A stretch of 29,584 nt of DNA from a virus (taxonomy: Duplodnaviria; Heunggongvirae; Uroviricota; Caudoviricetes), in the IMG/VR virus record IMGVR_UViG_2537561934_000015, one strand, 5' to 3'. Positions 1-9,058 of the stretch are shown here, in pieces. The position numbers were made by a program, and so were the translations under genes. The stretch's first letter is position 1. Each line of letters begins with the position of its first letter. The notes under the pieces were generated by a model. It had not been told where the DNA came from. It did not search any database and saw nothing but the letters and a program-made list of their open reading frames with translations.

Positions 1-216
1 GCGGTTATTCGTGAAAAGGAAGAAACACTGAAACAACGAGTGATCCGCGCGCTGGCGGGGTTTTCGGGTTACGGGCGGGTGATGGTTGTCGGTGGCGGGG
101 CGGAGATTGTGGCACCCGCTATCCGCGAAGCCTGCGGAGTTAATGCGACTTTCATCGCGGACGGGGTGCCACAGTTTGCTCTGGTTAATGGGCTGTACGC
201 AATGGACAAGGAGTAA
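1..216 (+). CDS. parM: ParM-like actin-type plasmid segregation ATPase, C-terminal fragment (5' end outside window)
   Basis: Frame 1 is open from the window edge to TAA at 214-216. The translation ends ...FSGYGRVMVVGGGAEIVAPAIREA...FALVNGLYAMDKE, which matches the recalled C-terminus of R1 ParM/StbA (FSGY..VMVIGGGAE ... LVNGMY). A ParR-like gene follows immediately. Confidence 0.7.
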   Translation, partial: AVIREKEETLKQRVIRALAGFSGYGRVMVVGGGAEIVAPAIREACGVNATFIADGVPQFALVNGLYAMDKE

Positions 217-220
217 ACCA

Positions 221-535
221 ATGACGACTCCAACCAGACGGATAAGTTTCTATCTGAAGCCAGCAGCCGTCAAGAGTGAACGAGAAGCGTGTAATTATCT
301 CGACAGCCTGCCAGCCTCCGAACGCAGCCGCGCGCAACGCGCGGCATTTCTGGCTGGACTGGCGCTTATTAAAAGCGATCCCGCCTTTGCTTACTGGCTG
401 GCTGAATGGCAGGAAGAGGAAGCAATACCACCAAGAAATAACATCCGAAACAAGCATACTGGCACATCTGCAACAGAAAACAGTCACAGTAAGAGCCAGT
501 TAAAAAGGAACATTCAGGAGTTTTTCCCAGAATAA
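221..535 (+). CDS. parR: ParR-like partition adaptor (ribbon-helix-helix centromere-binding protein)
   Basis: ATG at 221 follows AGGAG at 207-211. N-terminus RRISFYLKPAAV...YLDSLPASERSRAQRAAFLAGLALIKSDP aligns by eye with recalled R1 ParR (RRTIAFKLNPDV...TLDSIPQGERSRLNRAALTAGLALYRQDP). Gene order parM then parR matches R1. The six-frame ORF 86-535 is the same frame, extended upstream of the likely start. Confidence 0.7.
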   Translation: MTTPTRRISFYLKPAAVKSEREACNYLDSLPASERSRAQRAAFLAGLALIKSDPAFAYWLAEWQEEEAIPPRNNIRNKHTGTSATENSHSKSQLKRNIQEFFPE

Positions 536-539
536 CCTA

Positions 540-566
540 CAAACACCCTTCACGGGTGTTTTTTCA
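540..566 (+). terminator. Rho-independent terminator after parR
   Basis: Stem aaACACCC (540-548), loop TTCAC, stem GGGTGTtt, followed by a T-run at 560-565, 5 nt after the parR stop. Confidence 0.6.
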
Positions 567-574
567 TGTTTACC

Positions 575-667
575 CTAATAATCGATCTGTTAAACAGATA
601 GATATTGATTTATCTATCGATTAAAACGATCAATACCCTTGACAGTTGTATGGGATTTTGTAGGATC
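575..667 (+). promoter_or_regulatory. Palindrome cluster (operator-like) plus sigma70-like promoter
   Basis: Perfect 7-bp inverted repeat ATCTGTT-A-AACAGAT, then ATAGATA...TATCTAT and recurring ATCGAT. TTGACA at 639-644, then a 16-17 nt spacer and TAGGAT at 661-666, read toward the small ORFs downstream. Confidence 0.4.
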
Positions 668-844
668 GATCACGATATGACCACTTTGTTTGTGTGTCAT
701 GCATAGGAAAACGCCCCAATAGCGGTAACTATTGGGGCGCCAAAGAAATCGAGGTGTCATCTACCTCTTGAGCTCGCCGGAATCGTATTTTCTGCGTGTG
801 CCCATGTAAAGGTGAACACCTCATTTTATTGAGGTAAATCAAAT

Positions 845-1123
845 ATGGGTATAAAGATTTGTAAAAACTCCCACCGATACAACCCCCAATACTCACACCT
901 TCCCGATAACCAGGGACAGACAGGCCGCCACCGCTGCGCTGCCTGCGCATACGAGCTTGGTGTACTTCACGCAATGATCGGTATTCCTAAAGCTAAAGAT
1001 GATTCCTTCCTGGCAAATATTCCATATAGCCAGGCTGGCACAGTCAGACATAAAGACGCCTTTGAGGCATACATGCTTGGGTACGACTATGCAATGAGCA
1101 GCGCACTGCTCAAAGCTGCATAA
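845..1123 (+). CDS. Hypothetical small protein (92 aa), accessory
   Basis: ORF with GAGG about 9 nt upstream of the ATG. A hairpin CCACCTC-N13-GAGGTGG lies at about 1142-1168 after the stop. No family recognised. Confidence 0.4.
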   Translation: MGIKICKNSHRYNPQYSHLPDNQGQTGRHRCAACAYELGVLHAMIGIPKAKDDSFLANIPYSQAGTVRHKDAFEAYMLGYDYAMSSALLKAA

Positions 1124-1189
1124 CGATTTCTGCTTTTTCACCACCTCAACAATAGTTGGAGAGGTGGTTCTTCTGAAAAGGATAATCAA

Positions 1190-1477
1190 ATGACCGATAT
1201 TAAAAGAAGCGATTTATTTTATGACGATTACAGTTGGACTGCTTTGCCAGGAGATGATCCCACGAAAACCGCTGCTGACCGCCATCGGTTTAGCCGCAAA
1301 GAGGGTTATGAAGTACTAAATATGCTTAATTCCTTTAAGGCATACTCCCTGAAAGAGAAACTCATTGTCGAATGGATGATTCACGAACACTTACCATCAG
1401 GTATTCAGGGAAGGGAAAATGTTAAAGACTGGATTAAACAAAACTTCCTCAAATTCAAGTTAATTTATCCACGCTGA
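1190..1477 (+). CDS. Hypothetical small protein (95 aa), accessory
   Basis: ORF starting ATG 1190, same strand as parMR and the preceding ORF. No recognisable motif. Confidence 0.45.
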   Translation: MTDIKRSDLFYDDYSWTALPGDDPTKTAADRHRFSRKEGYEVLNMLNSFKAYSLKEKLIVEWMIHEHLPSGIQGRENVKDWIKQNFLKFKLIYPR

Positions 1478-1773
1478 CTGAATATCAGAGAATGAAACCC
1501 TGAACGGGCGCACAAACGAAACGAGCGTGCCATGCCCGACGCACATACAAAGGCGGAGATGCACTCTCCGCCTCATAGTGGTTAACGCATTTAGAAAACA
1601 TCAAATTTGTCAAACAATCTTTCATATTAACCCCTCCAGATTCAAGCACACTCTGGGATTGTTGTTAGCTAGTCACTGGGATTTTGCGTTTATAGTTTCA
1701 CCTCGCCCAATCCACTGAAATTTTTAGTCAACTCAAGCTAACGCGCGTGTTAAATATATGCTCATTTTCAAAC

Positions 1774-1800
1774 TGCACAATAGTGCACAAACTTGCACAA
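1774..1800. repeat. Three direct TGCACAA repeats with 10-bp phasing
   Basis: TGCACAA at 1774-1780, 1784-1790 and 1794-1800. Nearby are GGATCCGT twice (about 1844-1862) and the palindrome AAAAAAACGCGTTTTTT (about 1869-1886). Confidence 0.5.
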
Positions 1801-2224
1801 TTTTTTTGAACGCCTTTTTGCCCTTCCGGCCCGCGTGGCGGCTGGATCCGTCAAGGATCCGTGCGTGCACAAAAAAACGCGTTTTTTCTGCGCGCAGGTG
1901 ACGGGGGAACAGCCCGCGTTTCAGAGGGTAAATAGCATCCCCTGAACGATGTCGCAGCGACACAACAGAATGGCTGTATTTCTCACGCTGAGCGTGAAAA
2001 AGACGTGAGGGCTTTTGATTTGATGGGGTGGAAAATAAGGCCGTCAAAATCGCACTGAGGCGGCGAGAACATGCAGTCAGCGCAGTGGGATTGCGTAAGA
2101 GTCTGACCATCGATGATGGCAATAAGCAGGAAAGCGTCGTGAAATTATCTGATTGATACAGGAGCTGGAGAGTCGGGGCATAAATTTTTTATGCCCCGGC
2201 GAAGCAGCAGACAAGCGAAGCGCG

Positions 2225-3271
2225 TCAGGATGTGGGCTGGGTGTCTAACAGTGCGTAAGGGTTAAAGCGGATCACCTCTTCGCCAAGCCAGTCATTGATG
2301 TGCTTCATGGCCTCCATGACGGGCATCAGCTCGTTAATTGCGTAAACCCGCGCGGCCTTCTCCACATCACCAAACGCACTTTTTTCACCCGGCATCGCCC
2401 CCATCAGTTGCGGCGGAACGCGGTGCGCAGCCAGCACATCATCACGGGATGCCGCCTTAACATTCATGAACTCATCCTTTGCGGTGATCTGCTGGAACGG
2501 CAAAATTTGCACCCCCTCTTTACCCCCGTTAGGCGCATGAATGAGCACGTTTTTAAACGCACCACCACCACGCGCACCCTGTAGCGTTTCTTTCAGGGAG
2601 TCCATGCTTTCGCGGTTTACCTGCGCTGCGCCGATGTAGATGATGCACCCGGCGTGGGATCCGTTGTCGTAATACAGTTTTCTGAACATGTCCGCCGAAT
2701 GAGACAGGCTGGCCGAGAGTAATGCGCCGAGATATTCCGGCATGCCGTAGATTTCCTGGTTAATGTCCGGATTCATCAGGTGGCACACTTTGCCAGGGCG
2801 AAACTGGAACGCGTCCTTGCCATCCTGCACATACCACCATGATTCAAGATCGCTTCCGCGTCGCATGTATTTCGCCAGGGCGTGCCGTAATTTAAGCGGT
2901 TCACCGAGCATATTGCTTCGAAGCTCAAGGAATGCGTTACCGAACACAAACCAGTCCAGCGCCAGCGCCGAGAAATCCTGCCGGGAAAGCAGCGGGTGCG
3001 GAATATAGCAACCGAGCAATACATTGCGCTTAAAGTAAAGCGCAGACTGATGCCAGGACGTTTGCCGGGCAGCTCTTGCCAGACCGTACCAGTCCACCGG
3101 GGTTTCATACCACCGCCCGTTATCAGCACAGTACATATTGTCCAGCAGGTCATGCCCGGTCAGGCGATAAGGACCATCAAATGTGAATGCACTGAGCGAT
3201 GATTCTTTCCTGAGCGCATCAGCGAGATCAATGCGTGAACTCATGCGCACTTTTTTATTTTTTCTGCTCAT
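2225..3271 (-). CDS. Q: Portal protein (P2 gpQ-like)
   Basis: 348-aa ORF on the minus strand, directly downstream of the terminase gene as in P2. Length and position fit gpQ (about 344 aa). Confidence 0.85.
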   Translation of the reverse strand: MSRKNKKVRMSSRIDLADALRKESSLSAFTFDGPYRLTGHDLLDNMYCADNGRWYETPVDWYGLARAARQTSWHQSALYFKRNVLLGCYIPHPLLSRQDFSALALDWFVFGNAFLELRSNMLGEPLKLRHALAKYMRRGSDLESWWYVQDGKDAFQFRPGKVCHLMNPDINQEIYGMPEYLGALLSASLSHSADMFRKLYYDNGSHAGCIIYIGAAQVNRESMDSLKETLQGARGGGAFKNVLIHAPNGGKEGVQILPFQQITAKDEFMNVKAASRDDVLAAHRVPPQLMGAMPGEKSAFGDVEKAARVYAINELMPVMEAMKHINDWLGEEVIRFNPYALLDTQPTS

Positions 3272-5022
3272 CAGAACTCCATAACCGTGAAACGCTCGTT
3301 TTCTCCTTCGCCGCCAATCGGTTCGTTAATGACAGCAAGCATGGTCGCCCACGCAAGGTCGCCGTGGCTGATCCCCCTCGCGCGGTCCGTTTCGTAAGTG
3401 ATAAAGCCGCCCGGTGTTTTCACCTTACGCACGGCGTTAAAGGCCGCGACCAGCTCGCGTTCGGCGCGATCATATTCCCACCGCCCGGCACGCATTATTT
3501 GCAGCATTTTCAGTACCAGCGACCGTTTTGATGACAGCGTGAAGGTGTACGGAATGGCAGCAGGGAAAAACCGTTTCACTATCTGATAAACAGCCTCCCC
3601 GTTCCCGCCCGTCACATCAATGCCGATGTGTTCCACGTTGTAGCGACACGTGAACTCTTCAATGACTCTGGCCTGTTCTTCAAACTCCAGCCCCTGAACG
3701 CGTCGCGTCTCCACCGTTCGAAAACGGCCTCCAGGAACAGCCGGAGGAACCACCACGGACACTGCGCCGCTGTCGCCGTTTCCACTGCTGCCGTTTGCGT
3801 CATACCCAATCCATACCGGACGATTCCCCATCGGGCGGGGAGCAAAAGGTTTCCAGTCTTTCCAGTCGTCGTATCCGTCAACACCGCAGCCAATCAGGAT
3901 ATTCAGGTTAAATGCCGACTCCCCTTCGCGGACAAACTCACACATATAGAGATTGCGGAACTCGTCTTCGGTGTTTTCATCACGAATCTCGTCAATATCG
4001 GTGTGTTTCCAGCCGTGATTAACCACATCTTCCAGCGTGACAATTTGCCGCCACGTCCGGTCAGGGCAGATAAGCCCGTTATGCAGCGTTTTCCAGTCCA
4101 CAGAAAAACGCTGGCGTTTATGCGCGGCCTTTTTCTCGTTCCAGCGGTCGCCGTTCCAGTAGGCGTATGCCTCGTGCGTTTCGGTGGATGGCGTGGAGAA
4201 GTAGGTGCGCCGCAGTCCGCTGAGGGTTGCCATAGCGCCAGCCACCTTGCGCAGTTCAGCAAAGCGACTGACCCAGAAAAATTCATCAAAATAAAAATTG
4301 CCTGTGTAGGACTGTGCCGTCGCAGCAGAAGTACCGAGAAAATGCAGCTCTGCGCCGTTGGAGAGGATGATTTTATCGCCCCCTTTCAGCTCCACATCAA
4401 CTTCAGATGCAGCCTTCTGAATAATGCTTTTAAACTGGAACGCCTGACGACGCGACGCAGACAAAAAAATCTGGTTACGCTGGTAAGGTTGCGCCACATC
4501 GTCACGCAGCGCCATCAGCAGTGCTTCCTGTGCAAAATACCAGGTCGCTCCAATCTGTCGGGATTTCAGGATCATCCTGTTACGTATCCCGGCTTCCCTG
4601 CAAAGTGTCAGGGAGTCAAACCAGCCCCGCTGATGCCACTCCAGCCTGCTGATGATTTTTTCCCGCAGTGCGGCAATCTGTTCCGGCGTGAAATGATTTT
4701 TGAGTTTTTTCGCCCGGCTTTTCTTTCCTGTGGCCGTCGCATCCGGCTGGCCATCATGCAGTTTTTTAAGCTGCCGGGTCAGCAGGTCTATTTCCTTGAA
4801 GTCACCACCTGTTTTATTCTGTTTTTCAGTAAGCTGGATGAGGCGCGCATCGATGGACTGCGTGACACGCTGCACGGGTGGCGTTTCATCCCACTGGTCG
4901 CGTTTTTTCCACGCATAAATCGTGTTCGGGTTTATTCCCATCAGACGTGATATTTCTGCGGGCGGATAACCCTGCCAGTAAAGTTGCCGCGCACGCTGGC
5001 GCACAAAAGCGTCCTGAATCAT
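3271..5022 (-). CDS. P: Terminase large (ATPase) subunit (P2 gpP-like)
   Basis: 583-aa ORF, divergent from O with a 155-bp intergenic region as in P2. Carries a Walker-A-like segment GVDGYDDW...GYDANGSSGNGDSGA. Confidence 0.85.
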   Translation of the reverse strand: MIQDAFVRQRARQLYWQGYPPAEISRLMGINPNTIYAWKKRDQWDETPPVQRVTQSIDARLIQLTEKQNKTGGDFKEIDLLTRQLKKLHDGQPDATATGKKSRAKKLKNHFTPEQIAALREKIISRLEWHQRGWFDSLTLCREAGIRNRMILKSRQIGATWYFAQEALLMALRDDVAQPYQRNQIFLSASRRQAFQFKSIIQKAASEVDVELKGGDKIILSNGAELHFLGTSAATAQSYTGNFYFDEFFWVSRFAELRKVAGAMATLSGLRRTYFSTPSTETHEAYAYWNGDRWNEKKAAHKRQRFSVDWKTLHNGLICPDRTWRQIVTLEDVVNHGWKHTDIDEIRDENTEDEFRNLYMCEFVREGESAFNLNILIGCGVDGYDDWKDWKPFAPRPMGNRPVWIGYDANGSSGNGDSGAVSVVVPPAVPGGRFRTVETRRVQGLEFEEQARVIEEFTCRYNVEHIGIDVTGGNGEAVYQIVKRFFPAAIPYTFTLSSKRSLVLKMLQIMRAGRWEYDRAERELVAAFNAVRKVKTPGGFITYETDRARGISHGDLAWATMLAVINEPIGGEGENERFTVMEF

Positions 5023-5177
5023 TGCTCCCCCTGAGTAATTACAGGAAGATTACCCGCGCGCGAAACCGTTCTCCTTAACCCCCTGTTCTGGCCGTTTTCT
5101 TACAACAAAAGCCCTTTGTATCAGCCTGTTACGCTTTGCCATCATGACTGAAGAACCAGTCAGAGGGGCAAAAAACT
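5023..5177. promoter_or_regulatory. Divergent intergenic region between P and O (expected late promoters)
   Basis: By position only: in P2 this interval holds the divergent Ogr-dependent late promoters. I did not find an unambiguous TGT-N12-ACA dyad by eye. Confidence 0.35.
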
Positions 5178-6014
5178 ATGACTAATGAAAAAAAGACATC
5201 CCGCAAAAAGTTTCGCGTGGCTGTCTCCGGTGTGACGGCAGACGGGCGCGAAATAAACGGCGACATGCTGAAAGCTGCCGCCACTAGTTATAACCCGTCC
5301 GTTTATGGTGCACGTGTGAATATTGAGCACATCCTGTCACCACTCCCCGGTAGCGAGTTTTCCGCTATGGGCGATGTTGTGGGGTTGAGCACCGAAGACA
5401 TAACCGATGGCCCGCTGGCAGGTCGCACGGCACTGTATGCCGAAATTGAGCCGACCGCTCGCATGATGTCCCTGCTTAACGATGGTAAAAAAATTTACTC
5501 CAGTATTGAGCTGGAACCACAGTCAACCATCACGGGAGGCCCTTACCTGCGCGGGCTGGCAATGACCGACACCCCCGCCAGCCTGGGCACGGAACGTCTG
5601 GCCTTTGCGGCACAACAACGTATGCAACTGATGACATTCAACTGTCAGCAGGGAGACGTGGCGATGTTCACCGCCGCTATGGAGTCAGAACTTATCGAAC
5701 TCACCGAACAACGTCAGGAAGAAGGCACCCAGTGGTTTAACCGCGTTATGGGGATTATTGGCCGTGGCCGCAAAGCGGATGACGCCAGTTTCTCCCGTAT
5801 TCAGGAAGCGGTGGAAGGTGTCGCAACGTCACAGGCCGACATTATCGACCGTTTTAATGCACTGGAAACCCGCCATCAGCAGGACAGCCAGAAAATCACT
5901 TCGCTGACCACAGAGCTGACAACACTGAAGGAAAAGTTGCGCACGCAGGACGGCGATCCGCAGAACCGGTTCACCGCAACGGGCGCAGCCTCCGACCAGC
6001 TGGCTGACTTCTGA
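5178..6014 (+). CDS. O: Capsid scaffolding protein (P2 gpO-like)
   Basis: 278-aa ORF in the gpO position and size, with a GAGGGG ribosome-binding site. Confidence 0.85.
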   Translation: MTNEKKTSRKKFRVAVSGVTADGREINGDMLKAAATSYNPSVYGARVNIEHILSPLPGSEFSAMGDVVGLSTEDITDGPLAGRTALYAEIEPTARMMSLLNDGKKIYSSIELEPQSTITGGPYLRGLAMTDTPASLGTERLAFAAQQRMQLMTFNCQQGDVAMFTAAMESELIELTEQRQEEGTQWFNRVMGIIGRGRKADDASFSRIQEAVEGVATSQADIIDRFNALETRHQQDSQKITSLTTELTTLKEKLRTQDGDPQNRFTATGAASDQLADF

Positions 6015-6037
6015 TAAGACAAAGGAGCAAATTTTTT

Positions 6038-7090
6038 ATGAATCTGGTGATGTCAGATAATGCCCGTAACAAGCTGGGCTGCTACATGACGCGACAGGCG
6101 TCGATTAACAATATCCCGGTTTCTGGACTGGTATCGCGATTTACCGTGGAACCCGCGGTGCAGCAGCGTTTTGAAAACGCCTCAAAGGATAGCACCGAAC
6201 TTACAAAAAAAATTAACGTGATCGGTGTGACCGACCAGAAAGGCGAAAAAGTCCTCATGGACACCACCGGGCCGATTGCGCGCACAAATACCAGTTATGA
6301 CGGCACAGATCGCCGCAACCCGATTAACGCTGTCGACCTGAAGTCCCGTCAGTACCAGTGTGAGCAGGTGAACTACGACACGTTTATTTCGTATCCGCAG
6401 CTTGATGCCTGGGCGGCGCACAATGACTTCCAGACCCGCATCAGCGCACAGATTGCCCGACAGGTGGCGCTTGACCGCATCATGATCGGCTTTAACGGCA
6501 CGTCACACGCGGAAAAATCCAACTTCAGCACCAACAAGCTGCTTCAGGACGTTAACGTGGGGTGGCTGGAGCACATCAGAACCAATGCCAGCGCGCGCGT
6601 AATGAATGACGTGACGCTGACCTCCCGCAACATGGACAACACCGTGGCGCACGCGGGTAAGTATGCGAACGCTGATGCACTGGTACAGGACGCACGCTCA
6701 TCCCTGCTGGATGAATGGCACAAGGAAGCTGACGACCTCGTGGTGATTATGGGGCGCAACCTGTTTAACTCGCTGCGTCTGCCCGTGCTGAACAGCATCA
6801 GCGGCCAGAATCCCAATGCGGAATTACTTGCCGGGCAGCTCATCCTGTCATCGCGCACCATTGGCGGGCTGGGCGTGTTCCTTGCGCCGTTCTTCCCGGA
6901 TGCAACGATGCTGATCACCTCGTTCAACAACCTGTCGATTTACTGGCAGAAAGGTTCAATGCGTCGTCTGATGAAAGACGAACCGGAATACAACCGCATC
7001 GCCACCTACCAGTCCATCAATGACGCTTATGTCGTTGAAGACTATGGCAAGTGCGCGATGGTCACTGGCCTGAAGTTCGCCGACAGCTAA
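6038..7090 (+). CDS. N: Major capsid protein (P2 gpN-like)
   Basis: 350-aa ORF directly after O. Size and position match gpN (about 357 aa). Confidence 0.9.
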   Translation: MNLVMSDNARNKLGCYMTRQASINNIPVSGLVSRFTVEPAVQQRFENASKDSTELTKKINVIGVTDQKGEKVLMDTTGPIARTNTSYDGTDRRNPINAVDLKSRQYQCEQVNYDTFISYPQLDAWAAHNDFQTRISAQIARQVALDRIMIGFNGTSHAEKSNFSTNKLLQDVNVGWLEHIRTNASARVMNDVTLTSRNMDNTVAHAGKYANADALVQDARSSLLDEWHKEADDLVVIMGRNLFNSLRLPVLNSISGQNPNAELLAGQLILSSRTIGGLGVFLAPFFPDATMLITSFNNLSIYWQKGSMRRLMKDEPEYNRIATYQSINDAYVVEDYGKCAMVTGLKFADS

Positions 7091-7135
7091 TCAACTCACG
7101 GCGGGCATCATGCCCGCCTGTAACGGAGAGAAAAA

Positions 7136-7936
7136 ATGATTACTCCTGCACAGCAACACTGGCAGAACGTGATGGCACAGCGCGCAGGCCGGGAGAATGA
7201 AGGCGTGGACCACGCCGCGCGTACCGCGCATGAAGAGGTGCTGTATCGTCTGCGCCTGGCACAGGCCCGGCTTAAGGGCGTACAGGCCAGAAGCGCGAAA
7301 GCCGCCATCAAAAAAGAATTATTGCCGGACTTTTCCGGCTGGATTGAGGGAACGCTGGAGGCTGACGGCGGGCAGCAGGATGAAGTGATTGCCACGCTGA
7401 TGGTGTGGGCGATTGACTGCGGCGATCTTCCGCTGGCGTTGCGTATTGGTGCGTATGTGGTCCGTCATAACCTCATTATGCCGGATAACTTTGGCCGTAC
7501 TGCTGCCACAGTGCTGACCGAAGAAATCTGCAACCCGGTACTGACGCAGGCCGGGACGGATGCCGACGCGGATTTGTCCGCCTTTATCGAACCACTGGAT
7601 ACCCTCCGGGAGATTGTCACCGACCAGGACATGCCGGACGAAGTGCGCGCCAAATTATGCAAGGCGTGCGCCTTTGCCCGCCGTGGCCTGAGTGATGCGG
7701 ACAGCATGGCCCTGTCACTGAAGCTGCTGCGCGAAGCAATGCACCTGAACCCGAATGCAGGTGTGAAACGCGAGATTGCAACCCTTTCCCGCGCCCTGAA
7801 AAAAGCCGATTCCGCAGCCGAACCAGAAGACGCCAGCGCACAGCAGGCGCAGGACGAAAGCAGCAAAAGTAAAAAGACAACGCGGAAGCCTGCAACACGA
7901 AAAACCACCGCGACGCAGAAGGCGAAGCGCGGTTAA
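7136..7936 (+). CDS. M: Terminase small (endonuclease) subunit (P2 gpM-like)
   Basis: 266-aa ORF after N, with a K/T-rich basic C-terminal tail. Confidence 0.8.
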   Translation: MITPAQQHWQNVMAQRAGRENEGVDHAARTAHEEVLYRLRLAQARLKGVQARSAKAAIKKELLPDFSGWIEGTLEADGGQQDEVIATLMVWAIDCGDLPLALRIGAYVVRHNLIMPDNFGRTAATVLTEEICNPVLTQAGTDADADLSAFIEPLDTLREIVTDQDMPDEVRAKLCKACAFARRGLSDADSMALSLKLLREAMHLNPNAGVKREIATLSRALKKADSAAEPEDASAQQAQDESSKSKKTTRKPATRKTTATQKAKRG

Positions 7937-8037
7937 CGACTGACCCCGTCAGCGGGCGGCGTGCGCGGTGTTCCGGTTTGACTCCGTGACCGTTTACACC
8001 GCGCACCCACCGCCCGATTTTTTCAGGAGTGAACCCC

Positions 8038-8532
8038 ATGAGTATGGTTGCCAGAACCAACCCCGGACCCGCAGAGGACGACATCACCGATACCGATGAT
8101 GGTGATATCCGTATTTCAGCGGGTGCATTCTGGCCGGATATTGTGCTGCGTGAGCTGCGTCTGGCGGTACGACTGCCGGGCCGTGTGACCACCTCCCGCC
8201 TGCTGCATACCGCCACTGGGGCCGTGGCACACGTTACCCGCGAGCTGGAAGCATGGCAGCAGGAACAGCAGGCGGCTGGCCATCAGACGCTGGCCGATGT
8301 TCCGGCACCCGTAATTAACGGAGAAAGCGTCAATCTCTGGCACTGGCGCAATGCGGTTTACACCGCCACACGCGCCCTGATTCTGGAGCGTTACCGCGAT
8401 GCGGACACAACGGACAAGGGCGACCGCCGGGCGGACGCACTGGATATACAGACATCGGATTTGTGGCGCGATGTGAGCTGGGCCATCTCTGACATTCTGT
8501 GCCGCCCGCGAATCTTTGCGGAGTTGTGCTGA
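8038..8532 (+). CDS. L: Head completion/stabilisation protein (P2 gpL-like)
   Basis: ATG at 8038 preceded by CAGGAG. The six-frame track starts at a GTG at 8029; the ATG is preferred. Size fits gpL (about 169 aa). Confidence 0.8.
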   Translation: MSMVARTNPGPAEDDITDTDDGDIRISAGAFWPDIVLRELRLAVRLPGRVTTSRLLHTATGAVAHVTRELEAWQQEQQAAGHQTLADVPAPVINGESVNLWHWRNAVYTATRALILERYRDADTTDKGDRRADALDIQTSDLWRDVSWAISDILCRPRIFAELC

Positions 8533-8732
8533 TGAAAGTGAAGGCACTGGAAGGCGACACCGTGGATTCGCTCTGTTTCCGGTACTACGGCACGACGCAG
8601 GGCGTCACCGAAAAGGTGCTGGATGCCAACCCCGGACTCTGTCAGCAGGTATTTCTGGACGCCGGGCAGGAAGTGGAGATGCCGGAGCCGGAGAAGAAGA
8701 AACGAGAAATGATTCAGTTGTGGGGGGAGTAG
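8532..8732 (+). CDS. X: Tail protein X (P2 gpX-like)
   Basis: MKVKALEGDTVDSLCFRYYGTTQGVTEKVLDANPGL... matches the recalled gpX pattern (LQGDTLDAICVRYYGRTEGVVETVLAANPGL). The ATG overlaps the L stop (ATGA). Confidence 0.85.
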   Translation: MKVKALEGDTVDSLCFRYYGTTQGVTEKVLDANPGLCQQVFLDAGQEVEMPEPEKKKREMIQLWGE

Positions 8733-8734
8733 CA

Positions 8735-9058
8735 GTGAGCACCATTCAAACAGGGATCACAGAGCAGGTTATTGCGTGGCTCTTTGACCACCTGCCAACG
8801 GTGTATGCAGTAGGCGCGGCGGTCAGCATTTCCGCGCTGATGAGTCTTTATGACGGACGAACACTGGTTCAGACCGTAACGGGATCGCTGGCGTGCGGCG
8901 TTCTTGCCATGGCCGTGGCCGGGTCGTTGCGCTTCTTCGGGTTTCCTGAAGATGCCGTGACGTTTATCGGCGCATCAATCGGTTTTATGGGCGCAGAGAA
9001 AGCACGCGACAAGGTTATTGCGGCCTTTAATCGCAGGGTGAAGGAGAAGGACGAATGA
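8735..9058 (+). CDS. Putative holin
   Basis: GTG start 3 nt after the X stop. About 107 aa with two or three hydrophobic helices, in the gpY position before the endolysin. Confidence 0.6.
   Translation: MSTIQTGITEQVIAWLFDHLPTVYAVGAAVSISALMSLYDGRTLVQTVTGSLACGVLAMAVAGSLRFFGFPEDAVTFIGASIGFMGAEKARDKVIAAFNRRVKEKDE

Noticed and set aside
893-1189. 98-aa minus-strand ORF overlapping the 845-1123 plus ORF
   Set aside because: Would need a TTG start with no ribosome-binding site. The plus-strand ORF has one and is co-directional with its neighbours. Only one can be real; the plus ORF is preferred, with low confidence.
1733-2122. 129-aa minus-strand ORF in the non-coding block left of Q
   Set aside because: Arg/Ser/Leu-rich low-complexity translation crossing the repeat and palindrome region, with no ribosome-binding site. 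More likely non-coding packaging or regulatory DNA.
3628-4950. 440-aa plus-strand ORF antisense to the terminase gene
   Set aside because: Lies entirely inside the well-supported minus-strand P gene. Arg/Cys-rich shadow-frame composition and no ribosome-binding site, typical of GC-rich antisense frames.
5023-5177. Specific Ogr-binding dyad (TGT-N12-ACA) in the P/O intergenic region
   Set aside because: Could not identify an unambiguous match by eye, so no site was called. Only the interval is listed as a positional inference.
8029-8037. GTG start for gene L as given by the six-frame track
   Set aside because: The ATG at 8038 has a better-placed CAGGAG ribosome-binding site; the upstream GTG would leave no room for one.
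7465-8216. Minus-strand ORFs of 147 and 199 aa overlapping M and L
   Set aside because: Antisense to conserved structural genes, with low-complexity Ser/Arg/Ala-rich translations. Shadow ORFs.
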